Source of the DNA: Callorhinchus milii
Taxonomy: Eukaryota
Assembly: GCF_018977255.1 (NCBI RefSeq)
Contig: NW_024704742.1
Coordinates: 69,814,001-69,878,000, forward strand
Direction of reading: 5' to 3'
Length of the DNA stretch: 64,000 bases
Notes under the pieces: generated by a model
Told to the model about the DNA's origin: nothing
Databases searched by the model: none
The model's input: the letters and a program-made list of their open reading frames with translations, nothing else
In this document: piece after piece, positions 40,196 to 54,664 of the stretch
Numbering within the stretch: the stretch's first letter is position 1
Layout of the letters: each line of letters opens with the position of its first letter
Translations under genes and position numbers: made by a program

Positions 40196-43100
40196 GCAGA
40201 CTGATCTGCTGACTCCCTACCAACATGCCCGCTCCCTCCTTTCATCGGGCTCCGGTCTGCTCCATGTCTCCCACCCGACCCGCCCTACCATCGGTGGCCG
40301 GGCTTTCAGCCTCTCTGTCCCCACACTCTGGAACTCCATCCCATGGTCCCTTCGCCTCGCTTCCTCCCTTGGCTCCTTCAAGGTCAGTCTCAAGACCCTT
40401 CTCTTCGATCGTGCCTTTGGTCTCCCTCCCACCTCTCTGCCTTCCCTCACCCGTACACCACCCCTCCCCCATGCTCGGGCCCCAACACCTGACTGTTCAG
40501 CGCTTTGGGACATCCTTCCAACGTGAAAGGTGCTCTATAAATGTAAGTTTGTTGTTGTTCCCAGCGACTTCTGCTTTTGTTTCAGATTTCTAGCATCTGC
40601 AGTATTTTGCATTTTGTTTTACATTATAACAGTAGTTTAGTTCCACAAAAATCGGAGACTGTTATACCCTGATTATACAGAACACCCGCATTATTATTGG
40701 AGTTGAGGTGCATATCAGCAATGATCTAATAGGATGGCGCAACAGGTTTGAGGGACTGAATGGCATACTCCTTTTCCTATATTCCTATGTTCCGTAGCAC
40801 AGTGGTAGCAAGAGAACCCGGGTTCGATTCCCAGTAAATAGGAACCCTATTACCCCCAGTTTCCGGAAGTAATGATCCTTAAAAAAAATTGGTCACTCAA
40901 TCTACAACTGTTTGCAGGACACTGCTGTGTTCAATTGGTTGCTGTGTTTTCGCACAAAATACATAGTCAATCCACTTTACAATATATTCTGTGAAGCGTT
41001 TGAGATATCTCAACGACATGATATGGCTCTGTATCAAATGCAAGGATTTATTTTATTATTATTGATAAAAGACCTGTGCTTCATCAAAGCATGTTTTAAT
41101 GGGGTCCAACTAGACTCAGAAATTGATGAAGGATGAAGAAATAGGATTAAAAGATCATCTGCCGTGAATTGAATCAACAGAATGGACTCTTCTGTTCCTG
41201 CGTAACAGAGGGTTCCTTGCTCTTCTTTGAATTTATGCCAAGAGATCTGCAACGCATCGTACAATCAAACCAACGAGAGCGATTATACCCAGTAAACCCA
41301 GGTCAGTATGGGTTTAGCAGGTCACAGAAGTCGGGAGGAGCAAGCCTTTGAAAGCAAGGACGAGGATTTTGAACTCTATCCTCTGGAGGCCAATGGACCC
41401 AGGCGAGGGTGGGGTGATAGGGTCAAAGAGCATGGAGTGGGAGACGATATGAGCTGCAGAGTTCTGAATGATCTGTCACTTGTGGAAGGAAGAGTTGGGA
41501 AGTCCAACAAGCAGGGAAAGAAAGAAATGGAAGGGCAGAGAGGACAGATAGTATTGTAAACTACCACAAACAGATTGACAGTTGTGTGAACTCAACATAG
41601 AGCCTAGAAACCCTATCATGCATCAATTAACATTTCAACTCATACTTCGGGATTTACAGGCCAGATTACATTAGATATAAAAACTCAGCATCAAGCTAGC
41701 TTTTGGAAGAACCTGGAATGGCTTTATGAGAAGCAGAATCTCACTCATTTGGTCAAAAGTTGCAAGTTCCTTAAGGGAAATGGTTTAAATTTTTATACAA
41801 TCTTTTGCAGAAGGATGCCTTCCAAGTGCTTTCTGCCATTTGCAGAATACTGCATGTACTGCACAGAGACGTAATGCACAACAGAGGAGCAGACACCCCT
41901 CTCCAGAGGAAAGGCAAAACAAAACTGCATGGCCTTGTTACAAGGTAGTTCACATGGCCAACTTACAGCTGATAGGATCCCAAAGACCGGGCAACAGTCT
42001 GTGGGGTATGATTTCACCCAAATTTTCACCCCACAAAATGCATAGTCAATTCACTTCACAATATATTCTGCAATTTGAGTTTGAAACTTCAATGACCTGA
42101 TAAGGCGCGATATCAAATGCAAGCATTATTATAAGATGAGGGTAAATGTGAGAGGTTCAACAAAGCCAAACATTTTGTAAGATTTTGAAGGCAGGGAAAG
42201 AAGATGCAATAAAAGAAAAAAGGTTTTTGGGAGGGAGTGCCAGAGAATCGGGGGGAGAGGGGAAGAATCTCAAATCTCTTTCAAATACAGGGATGAATAG
42301 CATATCAAACACAAATATTCTTTATATTAGGCAAAAAGGAGATTAATCTGGATAGCCAGCACCAGGATACAAAGCAGCAGCTGAAGTAAACAGCCCTTTT
42401 CTAAGAGCAAGCAAAGTCTTAAGAAAAAAGGGAAAGGCCGCAAGACTGTTCAGCACCTTGGGACGTCCTTCCCACGTGAAAGGCACTTTGCAAATGTAAT
42501 TTTGTATTGTATAGTCTCTAAGATGAGACGTAATTAAGAATACTTGCATTTGTTATTGCGCCTTTCACATCTCAAAGCACTACACAGGATACATGTCAAG
42601 TGTAGTCACTGTGTGTATTTATAGGCAAACATGGCAGCCAAGTTGACCACAGCAATCTCCCCAAAACACAGGCATGAAGTGAATGAGCAATTTTTTCTGG
42701 GGATTGTTGGCCAGGACGTAGGGAGAAAATCTCCCTCCTCTTTTCAGTTAGTGCCAAGAGATCTTTAACAATCACTCGACCAAGCAGACAGGACCTCAGT
42801 TTAATATCTAATCAGAAAAACAACAGCTACCACAACAGTTCTCCTGCAGCTGTATTAGTGTCAGCAGATATTGTGAGTTCCGAGGCCCAATCTGAGGCTT
42901 GAACCCAGAACTTTCTGATTCAGGCGAGAGGCGAGCCAGGCTGACACCATGCTGAGGTCTCGTCTGTTCAAGTAAAAGGATTTCATGGTGTAATTTCAAG
43001 GAGGGTGCATGTCACTAATCATAACACAAACAAAATTAATCCTAAACATAGACTAATCGGTCATTCAGTAAAATGTCACTTATTGGACAGTGTAGACAGT

Positions 43101-46100
43101 GTAGGAAATAATATCTCAGGATGCAGTATATAGTTTGGGACACGACACGTCATGCGACTGCATGACTGCATGGTGGAAAGTGAACCGGATGAACCTTGGT
43201 CTTCTTTTGCCTAGCAAATTCTTATGTTCTTATGGTTGTATGGTACTATAGGTTGTAGTTTGTTGCAGATTAACTGCTGTGTTAGTCAAGTCACAGCACT
43301 TCTGAGTAGTTGGATAACTTACAAGTGTAATTTTCAATACAGTGGCTGCAAATTTCGGCTCCAACTCCAGTAAAAGGTGCTGAAAGGATTTTAGATAATT
43401 CCAAAATCTAAACAATTCTCATCAAAATGAAGATGATATAATACAGTGATAATCTAAATGGCGAAACCCGAGGATCAGAGATTTTATATATCATCAAAGA
43501 CCAAACAAGTCGTATGAACCTTTGACACATCAGTGGTGAAGCTACATTTAGAGTACTCATTATATTTACACTTAGTATTTCTACTATATTTAATAATAAT
43601 CCTTACATTTGATAGAGCCTTATCACATCGAATGTGATATTCATTCGATGTGATAATGTCTCAATTCACCAGATACACTCATCTACAGCAGTATTATGGA
43701 GGTGAAGATTAATTAATGTATTTACGATTTATTTCCCTGATGTAGGTTCTGTCCCTCAATAAACAAAATGGGTGAGAAGGTATCACAAAATAATAGAAAT
43801 GGCATGGTCTGAGGAAGCAGTAGATTTAGATCCAATCCCATTATCTTTTTCTATACTTAATTCTTAAATCCTAAACCAGGACCATTCTGAAAAAAATAAC
43901 TTTCCTAGTAACCATTTATCCATTTACGAAAAACAACTATGTGTTGACCACAAGAACAATACACAGTATTGAATTTTGCGTGCATTTTCCGAGCTACTGA
44001 CAACCACCACTGAAAGGAGCATTCAATATCAGAAAAGGGTCACAAACTAGAAATGTCACTCATTATGGTGTCAAACCACAATCACTGATAAGAGGTTAAA
44101 AAAAACTATATACTGTACAATCCAATGTGTACAAAGGATCTCTAATGATCGATAGATATACATGCAAGCATGTAACACAATCTACATAATGCAAACATTA
44201 TCCTGCAATAAAGAGCTCTTTTCAAATGCAGTTTCTTATTATCAAGGGTTCTGTACAATAGCTGTCAGAAAGCTACATGGTACTATCTAGATTTGGGCAG
44301 TTTAGGAAGTCATTCTCCTGTTAGTTCTGGCGTATGGTCGATTTCATGACTTGGCACATTCTTTGTAGTGCAAACCATCACAAAAGAACAATAACAATAC
44401 TCCCTCGTAACTATCAACTTGCCTGAGAGAAACATGTAGACAATCCATTCCAGCAACCAAATAAATCCACTGCTTTAAGCAGCAAAGCAAATTTTAGCTC
44501 TCTTTAAATTGGGGTGAAAATAATAATAATAATCCTTGCATTTGATATAGTGCCTTAAATGCCAGTAAGACATCTCAAAGCACTTCACAGAATATACTGT
44601 AAAGAAAAGTGCTGTAATCTCAGCTACACTATGTGTAAAATCCCATGGACACTATTCAAAAAGACATTAGCTAATCACTTCCGGGCTGACTAGAACCTAG
44701 TCTGGAGCCCTGTTATATCACAGTGACAGAGGACTATAAATCCAGTGGCTCAGTTCCCACATGTTAAAAAAGACAACATCTGCCAATGTCACTTCCTGTA
44801 CGCAACATGCACAGCATGGAACTGACATCAGATGTGACCGAATCACCCAGAAATCAGCCATTTGTAGTGTGGGACCAGCCAGCAGACAGGAAGCAAGCAG
44901 CTGGCTATGTGCAGTGAATAGGATCTACATTTTATTAGCACCAGAAGCAAAATCCTCATCCTAACAAAGCACCTTATAATTGGGATCTGTTGCATTTGTC
45001 CACAAATACATAACTACTGAACATAATTTTGTAAGGATTGTTCATTACTTATTAAACATCTAAATGCTAGGAACTAAAATAGATAATTAAGCATAACAAG
45101 GCTATTCCACTTGGACCGATCAAACCACCATCTATGCAGCTGTACATTACATCCTCCATAAACAATGTTGTCAGTCACACTTTCTGCCAAGATAATCTAT
45201 TGCACTATTCCTTCCACGTGACTGAAATCAAAAAGAAAGACGTATTCAACACAATGACGAAATAAGGGGAAGTCTACAGCTGGTGAAACTAGTTTGAGAT
45301 GCTACTTTGAACTCACCTACACAGTTAAAAAATTCTGAAAATATTTTGTTCCTTTACAAAATACATAGTCATCATAACTTCACAGTATATCCTGTGAAGT
45401 ACTTCGAGATTACCTCCCAAACTGAAAAGATGCCATATCCAATGTAAAGATTATTACATCTACTCAAAACTGGAAGCGAAAACCACAACCCAGTTATGAA
45501 TAATACTCAAAAACAAATTACATTTATGTAGCGCCATTCACGTCAGAAGGACGACCCAAGGCGTGACTCATGTTTGATACATCTTTCACATCACGTGTCA
45601 AGAAACTTCCCAGGATATACAGTAAAGTGGAGGGCCTATCTTGTGGGTAAACTCGGCACTGCACTGGAGTGTCAGCATATGTTCCAAGTCCCAACGTGGG
45701 GCTTGAACCAACTCAGAGACAAGAATGCTACTAACTGAGACAGACTGACAAAATGAGTTCTTCAAACAAGGAATCCTTAACTACTGGAACCCTTTTGGCC
45801 CCTTCTACTTAGGAACACCTTCTGGCAAATGAAGGAAGGCTAATATAAACTGTAAGTCTCCGTTAGCGGCCTTCACACTTTGGAGGTTGAGGGAGAACTA
45901 TAGAATATCATATGACAGCATTTGCTTTAAAAATATATCAACACTCTCTGATGACGCAGTCGATAAACTGTCACCTGAATCTCAGAGAGAGAGAGGAAAA
46001 ATGACTCCTACCACCTCACCTTCGCTTCATGTTATGTTATATCAGGACCTCTGACAATTATCTTCAATTTGTGTCCTCTGGTTGGCGAACCACTCGCCAG

Positions 46101-46994
46101 AGGAAACAGTTCTTGCTTATTTCATAGAGTTAGTTCATCTTTATTTCATAGGTTAAATTCATAGTTAAAAATCCCGCACAGCACTTTGAAGCGCTTTGAT
46201 GCCATGATAAGGAAAATCAAATGCAATTATTAGTATCCTCCTCCTCAAACTCAGCAACTTTCTCAGGAACGAGTGTGAAACCTTTGTCTTGCTGCTATCC
46301 CACGGAACATGCTTCCAGGAGCCATGGAAACAACCAGTCAACTTCATAAAGCCGCTGAAATGAAGCACTTTTCAACAGGATAGTATTTTCTTGGAGCACG
46401 TCAGCCAAGCGAGACTGCGACTGCATTCATGACCTGTCCTGACCGCTCCTGTAGGGGCCCTATACACATTCCTCAAGCGGTCCCCGCTTGTTCCCTTGGA
46501 TTCCTTTGGACTTGATGCATAATCGACTCGCCTGGCAAGCTTTACAGGCGGGGATCGCTTCCCCATCTGTCTCAGTCCATGACCTAACCCTAACCTTACC
46601 AGCTTTCTCTCCCACCACCCCCCCCCCACACCGCCCTCCGAGTTCACTTTGCTGAATAAATTCCAAAAGATAAGGAAATCACCAGCAAAAATACCCCAAA
46701 GTAGCATCAAAACGAGCACAGAATGAACGAGAATATAAAAATAAATGAGACTTTGGAAATTAAAATCAAGCACATTCCATATAATGACCATTCAATATCT
46801 GGTCAACAATAAACAAGGTTCCACTTATTACTGTTCGGTAACAACCAGTGTACGGCCAAGAGCAAAAAGAACAGAGTATGGCAGCGTGCTGAAATCCTTC
46901 AACAATACACACTTCTACACACTTTGATTTTTTTTGCACTTTTATAAAAACTAAATTATTCAAAATAATTATTCAACTATTATTTTTCTTATAT

Positions 46995-47348
46995 TATTGA
47001 TAATAATCCTTGCATTTGATATAGAGCCTTACATTGTCATTGAGACGACTCAAAGCACTTTACAGAATATACTATAAAGGGTATTGACTGTATATTTTGT
47101 GGGCCAAACTCAGCAGCCATTTGCACAAAGCAGTGTCTCACAAACAGTCGTGGAATGAGTGACCTAATTGTTATTTATTTCTTTGAAAGGATTATAATCC
47201 CAAGAAAACAATCTGCCAAACATCTAACAACCAGGTTCCTACTTACTGCTAGGTAAACAGAGGAGTGTGGAGTTAGGAACCTTGCCTCAGGTTTTGCCCT
47301 GCCCAGGACTCAAACCCAGGTCCTCTCACTTGCAAAGCGAGTGCTCCA
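46995..47348 (-). mobile_element. Older tRNA-headed Deu-type SINE
   Basis: Same family motifs. Confidence 0.8.
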
Positions 47349-47644
47349 TTGAAAGACAAACCACACTCATTCTGTTGATATTCTAGAAATCTGTTAGGCG
47401 TCTGTCCATTAGACCTACTCTACAATATGCTCACACACAATTCTTACAGTGGGAAACATGTTTTACTTTTATTTGGGCAGGTCAACTGTTTTGAGACTGA
47501 CAATATCCAGTCTTGCACATTCATATCATCCCATTGTCCCCCTCTCCAAAAGCTCTCTATCCTGATCTGCCCCTGGTTTGGTGGACAAGCTTTTAGCCAT
47601 TCTGTCCCCTCTATCTGGTAACATGTTGTTGAGCACTCCGAGGT

Positions 47645-47970
47645 AATAGATAATTATAATAATCCTTGCATTTGATATAGCACTTTTCACATCTTCTGGA
47701 CATCTCAAAGCACTTTACAGAATATACGGTAAAGTGAATTGACTGTATATTTGTGAATAAAACGCAGCAGCCAATTGCACACAGCAATGTCCCACAAACA
47801 GTCGTGGATTGAAGTGACCAATTTTTTTTATTATTGTTTTCTTTTCTTGAGGGATTATTATCAAACATGTGGAGTAAGCAAACTTGCCCAAGGTTTCACC
47901 CCGGCGGGAATCGAACCCAGATCTCTCACTTGCGAGTCAAGTGCTCTAACCACTGAGCTACAGGACTCCA
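47645..47970 (-). mobile_element. tRNA-headed Deu-type SINE, full length
   Basis: Head CTCTAACCACTGAGCTACAGGACTCCA, B box GGGAATCGAACCC, core and tail. Confidence 0.85.
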
Positions 47971-48639
47971 CTGAGGACTTCACTGAGCTACTGGTAAGCT
48001 GCCCCGAGTGAAGGGCACTCTATAAATGCCAAGCAGTTGTTGTTGGTACTCAATCTCAAAGTCCTCGGCCTCGCACCCGCTCACCTGATCTTTAAAGTCC
48101 ACCTTAAGACCTTTCTTTTGACCTTGCCCCTCTTTCCTCAGTTCCCCCCTACCCCCAGCTTGGGTACGTGAAGCATAAGGAGATGTCCTCCCAACATGAA
48201 ATCCGCTGTATAAATGAATCATTTTTTAAAAATATGGAACACGATAGATATGAATTAACTTATAGCAGGGAGACTGAAAAATGGGAATCTGGGGGTAACA
48301 GCTATCAGCTTTAATGTTCACATTGTGATGTGAAACAATTCAACAAAACTAAGAAAACAGAAGTCTACTGAAGATTTGAAAGGCTCTGATCAGTTCCATA
48401 TGTGGAACATTATGAGCAGCTGTGTTCACCACACCACAAAAATATACCCTAAGGAATAAACTTCTTTATACTCAGAGTTAAAAATATTTGGAATAAATTT
48501 ACCAAGCAAAAAGCAACAGAGGCAAACACTTGGGGTTATTCAAAACAGTTTGATTCTGCTGTAGAAAAGCCACACTGCTTTTTCATTCCAAGTTCAATGA
48601 AAGAGCCCCTAAAAATTGTTAAAAAGCATCCCTTCGACT

Positions 48640-48990
48640 GTATTGGAGTAGTGTAGTGTTTAGCACGTGCGCCATACAGGCAAGGGAGCCGGGTTCAATT
48701 CCCGGGCAGTGCAAGCCCTTAAGACAAGTTTCTTACTCCACACACCTCGGTTTACCTTGCAATAAGCAGGAACCCTGTTGTTAGTTGATTGGCAGATCGC
48801 TTTCCGGGGGTAACAATCCCTCCAAAAATAATCAAAATTTGGTCCTTCAATCCACGACTACTCTGCACAATTGGCTGTCGCCTTTCGTCCACAAAATACA
48901 GTCAATCTACTTTACAATATATTCTGTGAAAAGTTTTGAGACGTCTCAACAATGTGATACGGCACTATATGCAAAGATTATTATTATTTC
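48640..48990 (+). mobile_element. Older tRNA-headed Deu-type SINE (many further partial copies occur throughout the window)
   Basis: GGGTTCAATTCCC B box, TTACTCCACAC, core and ATT tail. Confidence 0.75.
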
Positions 48991-50917
48991 CCTGGCTATA
49001 ATACTTTCACCTTGCTTCACTTTTAAACACAGTGAAGAAATTAAGAGAATTTTTCCACTGTGCTTCGAAAAAGTGTGTCTGGACACCTGATGCCTAAAAC
49101 AGTTTCCACAGTGACAGCTTGAGTTAGTTTTAAGGCTACGCTGACACATTCACTTTATAGTGCATACCAGATGATGGACATCACAATAACAAATGTGTTT
49201 GTTCAAAGGTAACATTTCCACAGGCCATGATTCATTACTAAAACATCTGAGACGTAACAGAAATTACTGGGTAAAGAGAAACCCTTCTCAGCCTCAAGTT
49301 ATTGTTCAACTCTCTAATTATTAACTATTAAAGATCAGCCCCCGTAGCAGCCAGGCAGCTTTTTGCTAAACAAATATTCAGAGTAACGCATTTATTTTGC
49401 TGACCAGCAGTTACAAGTTGAATGAATTTGCGAGAATAAGTATGATATCTGGAAGAAAAAAAACAATAAATTGGTGGGGAGGGGTGGTGAGAGAGAAAAA
49501 ACAAAACAACAACTTGCCTTTACATTGTCCCCTTATCATAATCTTTGCATTTGATACAGCACCATATCTGATCATCGAGATGCCCCAAAGAGCTTCGCAG
49601 AATACACTGTGAAGTGCAGTGACTGTGTATTTTGTGGGTGAAACATGGCAGCCAATTGTGCACAGCAACGTCCCACAAACAGCCAAGGAGTGAGTGACCA
49701 ATTGTATTTGGGGCAATGTTAGGCAGGGTATCTGGAGAGAGAAACTCCCTTCTCTTTTCAAAGAGGGCCATAGGATCTTTAACGTCCACCTAAAGAGGCC
49801 AAAGGGCCAACGGTTTAACATCTCATCCGAAGTACGGCATCTCCAATTATGCAGGGCTCCCCCCGAAGCTCCACCAGCCTAGACTATACAAGTTTAAAAA
49901 TCAGACGTGGTAGATTCTGCTGTTACCCGAAGTGTTACCGATTATGCACTATATGTATATTCAAAATGATTGTCGACCCTTCCCCTGAGTTAGATTCCAA
50001 GCTTAACCAGACTAATGGCAGATGAGATGAGGAAATAATGCACAACTGTGATGGGGAGATGCCACTAAAGCTACAACCAGAAGAAAACTTCTTCTGTGCA
50101 CTGTGTTCCAAATACAATCAGAAATACAACAAATCAACTGATACAACTTTCACAAAGTATGAATGACTCACAACATTAAAAAAGTTTAAACATTCTTCCA
50201 TGTCCATTGAACTTTCCGCAAGACTTTTAATGTTACTGGAGACCCGGCACTTCCGAACCCATTGATAGTATTTTTTTAAAATCAGGGTTAATAGAATTCT
50301 GCACACGTGTAACTAAGTACGAACCTCATTCAGCTCAATTATAAAACGCAACCATTTAGAGAAGTAACAAGTTAGGTTTTCTGGTTTGCTATGGCCAAAA
50401 ACAAACTACTTCCTTAGCTAATAGGATGGTTGTTAACATGAAGGGAGTCATGAGAAATATAGAATTTGAGCTTGAAAAGCAAAAATCCACAAACGTTTTT
50501 ATATAAATGGAATTCATATTAAAAATTAAGTTTTTTTTAATAATTGGAATCCACTGTCTGAAAGGGCGGCGGAAGTAGATTCAATAATAACATTAAAGGT
50601 GAATTGGATATTTACTTTTTAAAAAAACATTGCAAGGCTATGGGGAAAGAACGAGAGAGTGGAACTAAATTTACAGCTTTTTCAAAGAAAAAAAGAACAG
50701 ACACAGGCACAGAACTAATATTTGTTAGATCAGGGTATTAAGGGATATGGGGCAAGGGTACTGGACTTGAGGTACAGATCAGCCATGATCTTATAGAATG
50801 GCAGAACAGGCTTGACCGGCTGAATACTCCTGTTTCGATGCTGTAGGATTCCATGATTCCATGGTTCAAAACAATATCCATAACTTTTGAGTGAACAGAT
50901 TTTTCATTCAGATCAGT

Positions 50918-51187
50918 TAATAATAATAATCCTTGCATTTGATATAGCGCTTTTCACGTCAGGAGGACGTCCCAAAGCGCTTCACAGAACACACTGTAAA
51001 GTGAATTGACTGTATATTTGTGGGCGAACGCGGCAGCCAATTGCGCACAGCAATGTCCCACAAACAGTCGTAGATTGAAAATGACCAATTTATTATTGTT
51101 TTTGGTTTTGGAGGGATTATTATTAGGCTCTGTGTGGAGTAAGGAAACTTGCTCAAGGTTTCGCCCTCTGCCTGGAATTGAACTCAG
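50918..51187 (-). mobile_element. Young Deu-type SINE, 5'-truncated in the tRNA head
   Basis: Nearly identical to the 39867 copy up to the B box. Confidence 0.88.
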
Positions 51188-52567
51188 TTATACAATATCA
51201 ACAATCCTTATAATCCTCACAAAGTTAAGATGTCTCAATGCAATTCTGAAATATTTGCTGTTAAGTATAGTGACGATCTATAGCAAAATGCAGCAGCCCA
51301 TACTTGCACACAGCAAGGTCCCTCCAACAAGCATGATTAACCAATCTGATCCAGGATTGTTGGCTGTGAAACCAGGAGATACGCCCTTCTCTATTTTAAT
51401 CGTGTTGTGGGATCTTAAACATCCACTTGAACAAGCAACAACAAAAAATTATAATAATGTTATATAATCCTTGCATTTGATATAGCGCCTTATCACATCG
51501 TTGAGACATCTCAAAACCCTTCACTGAATATACTGTAAAATAAATTGACTGTATATTTTGTGGGTGAAATGCAGCAGCCAATTGCACACAGCAGTCATGG
51601 ATTGAGTGGCCAAACTATTATTATTTATACTTTTTTGACATAATATGTATAACATTTTATAGTTATATAATTATAATTATACTTATACGTCAACTTTCAT
51701 GTCAGAAGGATGTACCAAGGCGCCAGATGGTTATGGGTTGCCAAGCTGGGAGTTGGAATCAAGAGGTTGGAGGGGAAGTGGGTGTGGGTGCAGGAGTGTG
51801 GTCAAAGGCACAGTCAAAGAGGAAGGACTTGAGACGGGCATTGAAGGAGGCAAGGGAGGAGTCGAGGTGGAGGGATGGAACCTCATTATAACACTCGAGT
51901 ACTAAGTACACTGGAGTGCCAGTGGGGCTTGAACTTACAGCTTTCTGACTCAAAAGACAAGAATGCTACCAATACAGCCAAGAAGACTACTGCTATCAAG
52001 ACTGAGATTAGTTACCTCATTTATGTGAAATAACTATTTACATCAAACAAGATTACCTCGAGTCTGGAAAAGCACAAGATCCTATTACTACAAAAGTGGC
52101 CAATTCATTAGAATTAAATGTTCCCTGGAATAGGAATAACATTTCTGTGTATATCTGAATGCTGGAAATTGCCTGTAAATGCCATTAGATATAGAAAATG
52201 TTCTACCGGACAGATTAGAAACGCTCTATTTACTTTCGTCCAAGAACCTCTCAACAACAACAACGTTGAAGAATCAAAGAATCACTACATTGGAGAAAGC
52301 CATTTAGGCCGCTGATCCCAAACTAGTGCTACTCAATCCACAACTGCTTCTGTATCACAGCTGTGCACAATTCGCTGCTGCATTCCACAGTCGTTTACAG
52401 TCACCCCACTGTACAATGTATTTTGTGAAGCACTTTGAGATGTCTCAATGATATGATAATGTAATCCATATCAAATGCAAGGATTACTATTTTTATTTAG
52501 CCAGTTAGACTCCAGCAGTAACCCCAATACACCCCAAGCTTTGCTTCTTGCCAAGTTTTGCTGAAAT

Positions 52568-52965
52568 ACTCAGGGTTCTGTCCTCGGTCCCCTCCTCTTC
52601 ACCCTCTATATGCTCCCCCTGTGGTGACATCATCCGCAGACATGGGGTTAACTTCCACATGTATACGGATGACACCCAACTCTACCTTTTCTCTTCTACC
52701 CTCAACTCCACGACCACCGATGTCCTGACAGCTGCCTGTCCGACATTGAGTCCTGGACGAGAGACAACTTTCTTCAGCTCAACGTGCGCAAAACTGAGGC
52801 CCTCCTGATTGGCTCACGTCAGCGCCTCCGCATCTCAGGCGCTGACAGCATCAGCATCCAAGGCTGCACTCTCCACCTCTCAAAGCGGTCAGGAACCTCG
52901 GGGTTCTGTTCGACCCTGAGCTGTCCTTTCTCCCTCATATCCGCACCACAACTGGCACCGCCTTC
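52568..52965 (+). mobile_element. L2 RT fragment
   Basis: [21 protein letters not shown] and KTEALLIGS. Confidence 0.85.
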
Positions 52966-54664
52966 CATACAGCGCCTCATCATGTCATTGAGACGTCTCA
53001 AAGCCCTTCAAGAATATACTGTAAAGTGAACTAACTGTATATTTTGTGGGTGAAACCCGGCAGCCAATTGTGAACAGCAGTGTTCCACAAACAGTCGTGG
53101 ATTGGGTGACCAAATTATTATTTGAATCAAAGTATGTAAACTACTGGGCACGAGGCTTAATTTACTACACTTTCATGACTGGTACCAAAGACTAACATAA
53201 GCCTTCTAATGTTTAAACTGAAAATAATTAAACTATTAGTCGTCAAAATACTCAAACAATGTTAATAACTCACTCAGACCTTGTATTGGTTTATTATGGT
53301 GACCCATGTATGCAAGTAGGTAAATAATCTCCTATCAACTCATCTGTCACAGAAGCTGACGGTAAAAGTCATATATGAGATCCCTTCAGAGATGTCCCTT
53401 TTCAAGAATGAAAAGCTTGTACTTGTATGTCTGTACAAAGCTTCATTCACTTATGTCTCAATAGCCCTGGAATTAATACTTGGTAAAATCTGAATTCTTG
53501 CTGTCTCCTTACTTGTGATGAAAGCTTAAAGGTTTCAACTTCAAAAATATATATAAACAGAAATCGCAAGTCACAAATACTGTGCAAAAACAGAAGTTGT
53601 GTTCCCAGCGACTTGTTTTTGTACTGTTCTGTAGATTGCCTCCCAAAACTCAGATTACCCAAGACTTCAAAGCAAAGTGAAACAGCAGTTTTGTGCAAAC
53701 TATACACCAACTTCCCGCCGCATTAGAAACAAATTTATGTAGCACCTTCCATAACGGGGAGGACATCTCAAAGCACCTCACACAGCTGACTTGTCACCTG
53801 AACTGGGGAGAATGAGAACGGCAGAGGTAGCCAAAGCACAAAGGTCAAAGAGATTTGAGGGTAAAGAGGAAGGGTTGAGCAAGGTGGAGGGACTCCACGA
53901 TGGAGCTCCAGTGAACGGGAGCAGAGTTGCTGAAATCTTACCCATCAACGTTGAGTCGGAGTGGATAGGGGACGTGAAGCAGGTCTGAGCAGAGGTAGTG
54001 GCTGGGGCAATAAGATTCCAGGGCACAGATCTAGGATGGAGCTGTGCATTTTGTAGGTAGACACAGCAGCCAATTTTACCTGGGGGATTTTTGGCCAGAA
54101 TAACCAGGAGAAACTCTCTTCTCCTTTTGAATGGTGTTATGGATTATTTAACGTCCACCTAAACTGACATACTAGTACCGTTTTAACGTCTTATCTTCCA
54201 TTCTGTGAGGTGCTCTCTCCCCTCTGGGTTAGATGGTTGTGGCTCAAGCCCCACTTGAGGAATTACGCTCATAGTCCAAGCTGACCCTGGGGGAGCGCTG
54301 CATTGTCAGAGGCCAAAAATCTTCATCCCGCTGAGGGATGGAGAGCAGGAGAAGACAAGAGTGGATGGGAATGATGGGCTCGCAGAGCATGGTGCAAGAA
54401 AGAACACAGGCTGGAGAGCTCTGGATAGTTTGCAGCTTGTGTAAGAAGATGCTGGGGAATCCAGCAAGCAAGGTGTTAAGAGTAACCCAGCAGAGAAGGG
54501 TCTCAGCAGCCTGGAAAAAGGTCAAGAGGAAAAGTGGGAACATAGGCAATAATCAAAAAAACAAAGATCACAGACCCACTTGAATGCATAAAACCTGCAT
54601 GAGTTTCTTTCCAAATTCTTTTAAGCTTTGACCATCTCTTTTTGTGGCTGAGTATCAAGAAATT

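Larger units (their letters stand above)
37419..40560 (+). mobile_element. L2-clade LINE, 5'-truncated and frameshifted (APE endonuclease remnant + RT + 3' tail), interrupted by two SINEs
   Basis: Motifs [43 protein letters not shown] and FVTSRLDYGN across broken frames, plus a (TTG)n tail. Confidence 0.92.

Noticed and set aside
46582..46600. CCTAACCCTAACC telomere-like motif
   Set aside because: Only two units, too short to call an interstitial telomere or a specific element.
53588..53620. TGTTCCCAGCGACTT match to the Penelope-type arm
   Set aside because: Only about 15-30 bp; it may be a collapsed hairpin remnant but is too short to annotate.
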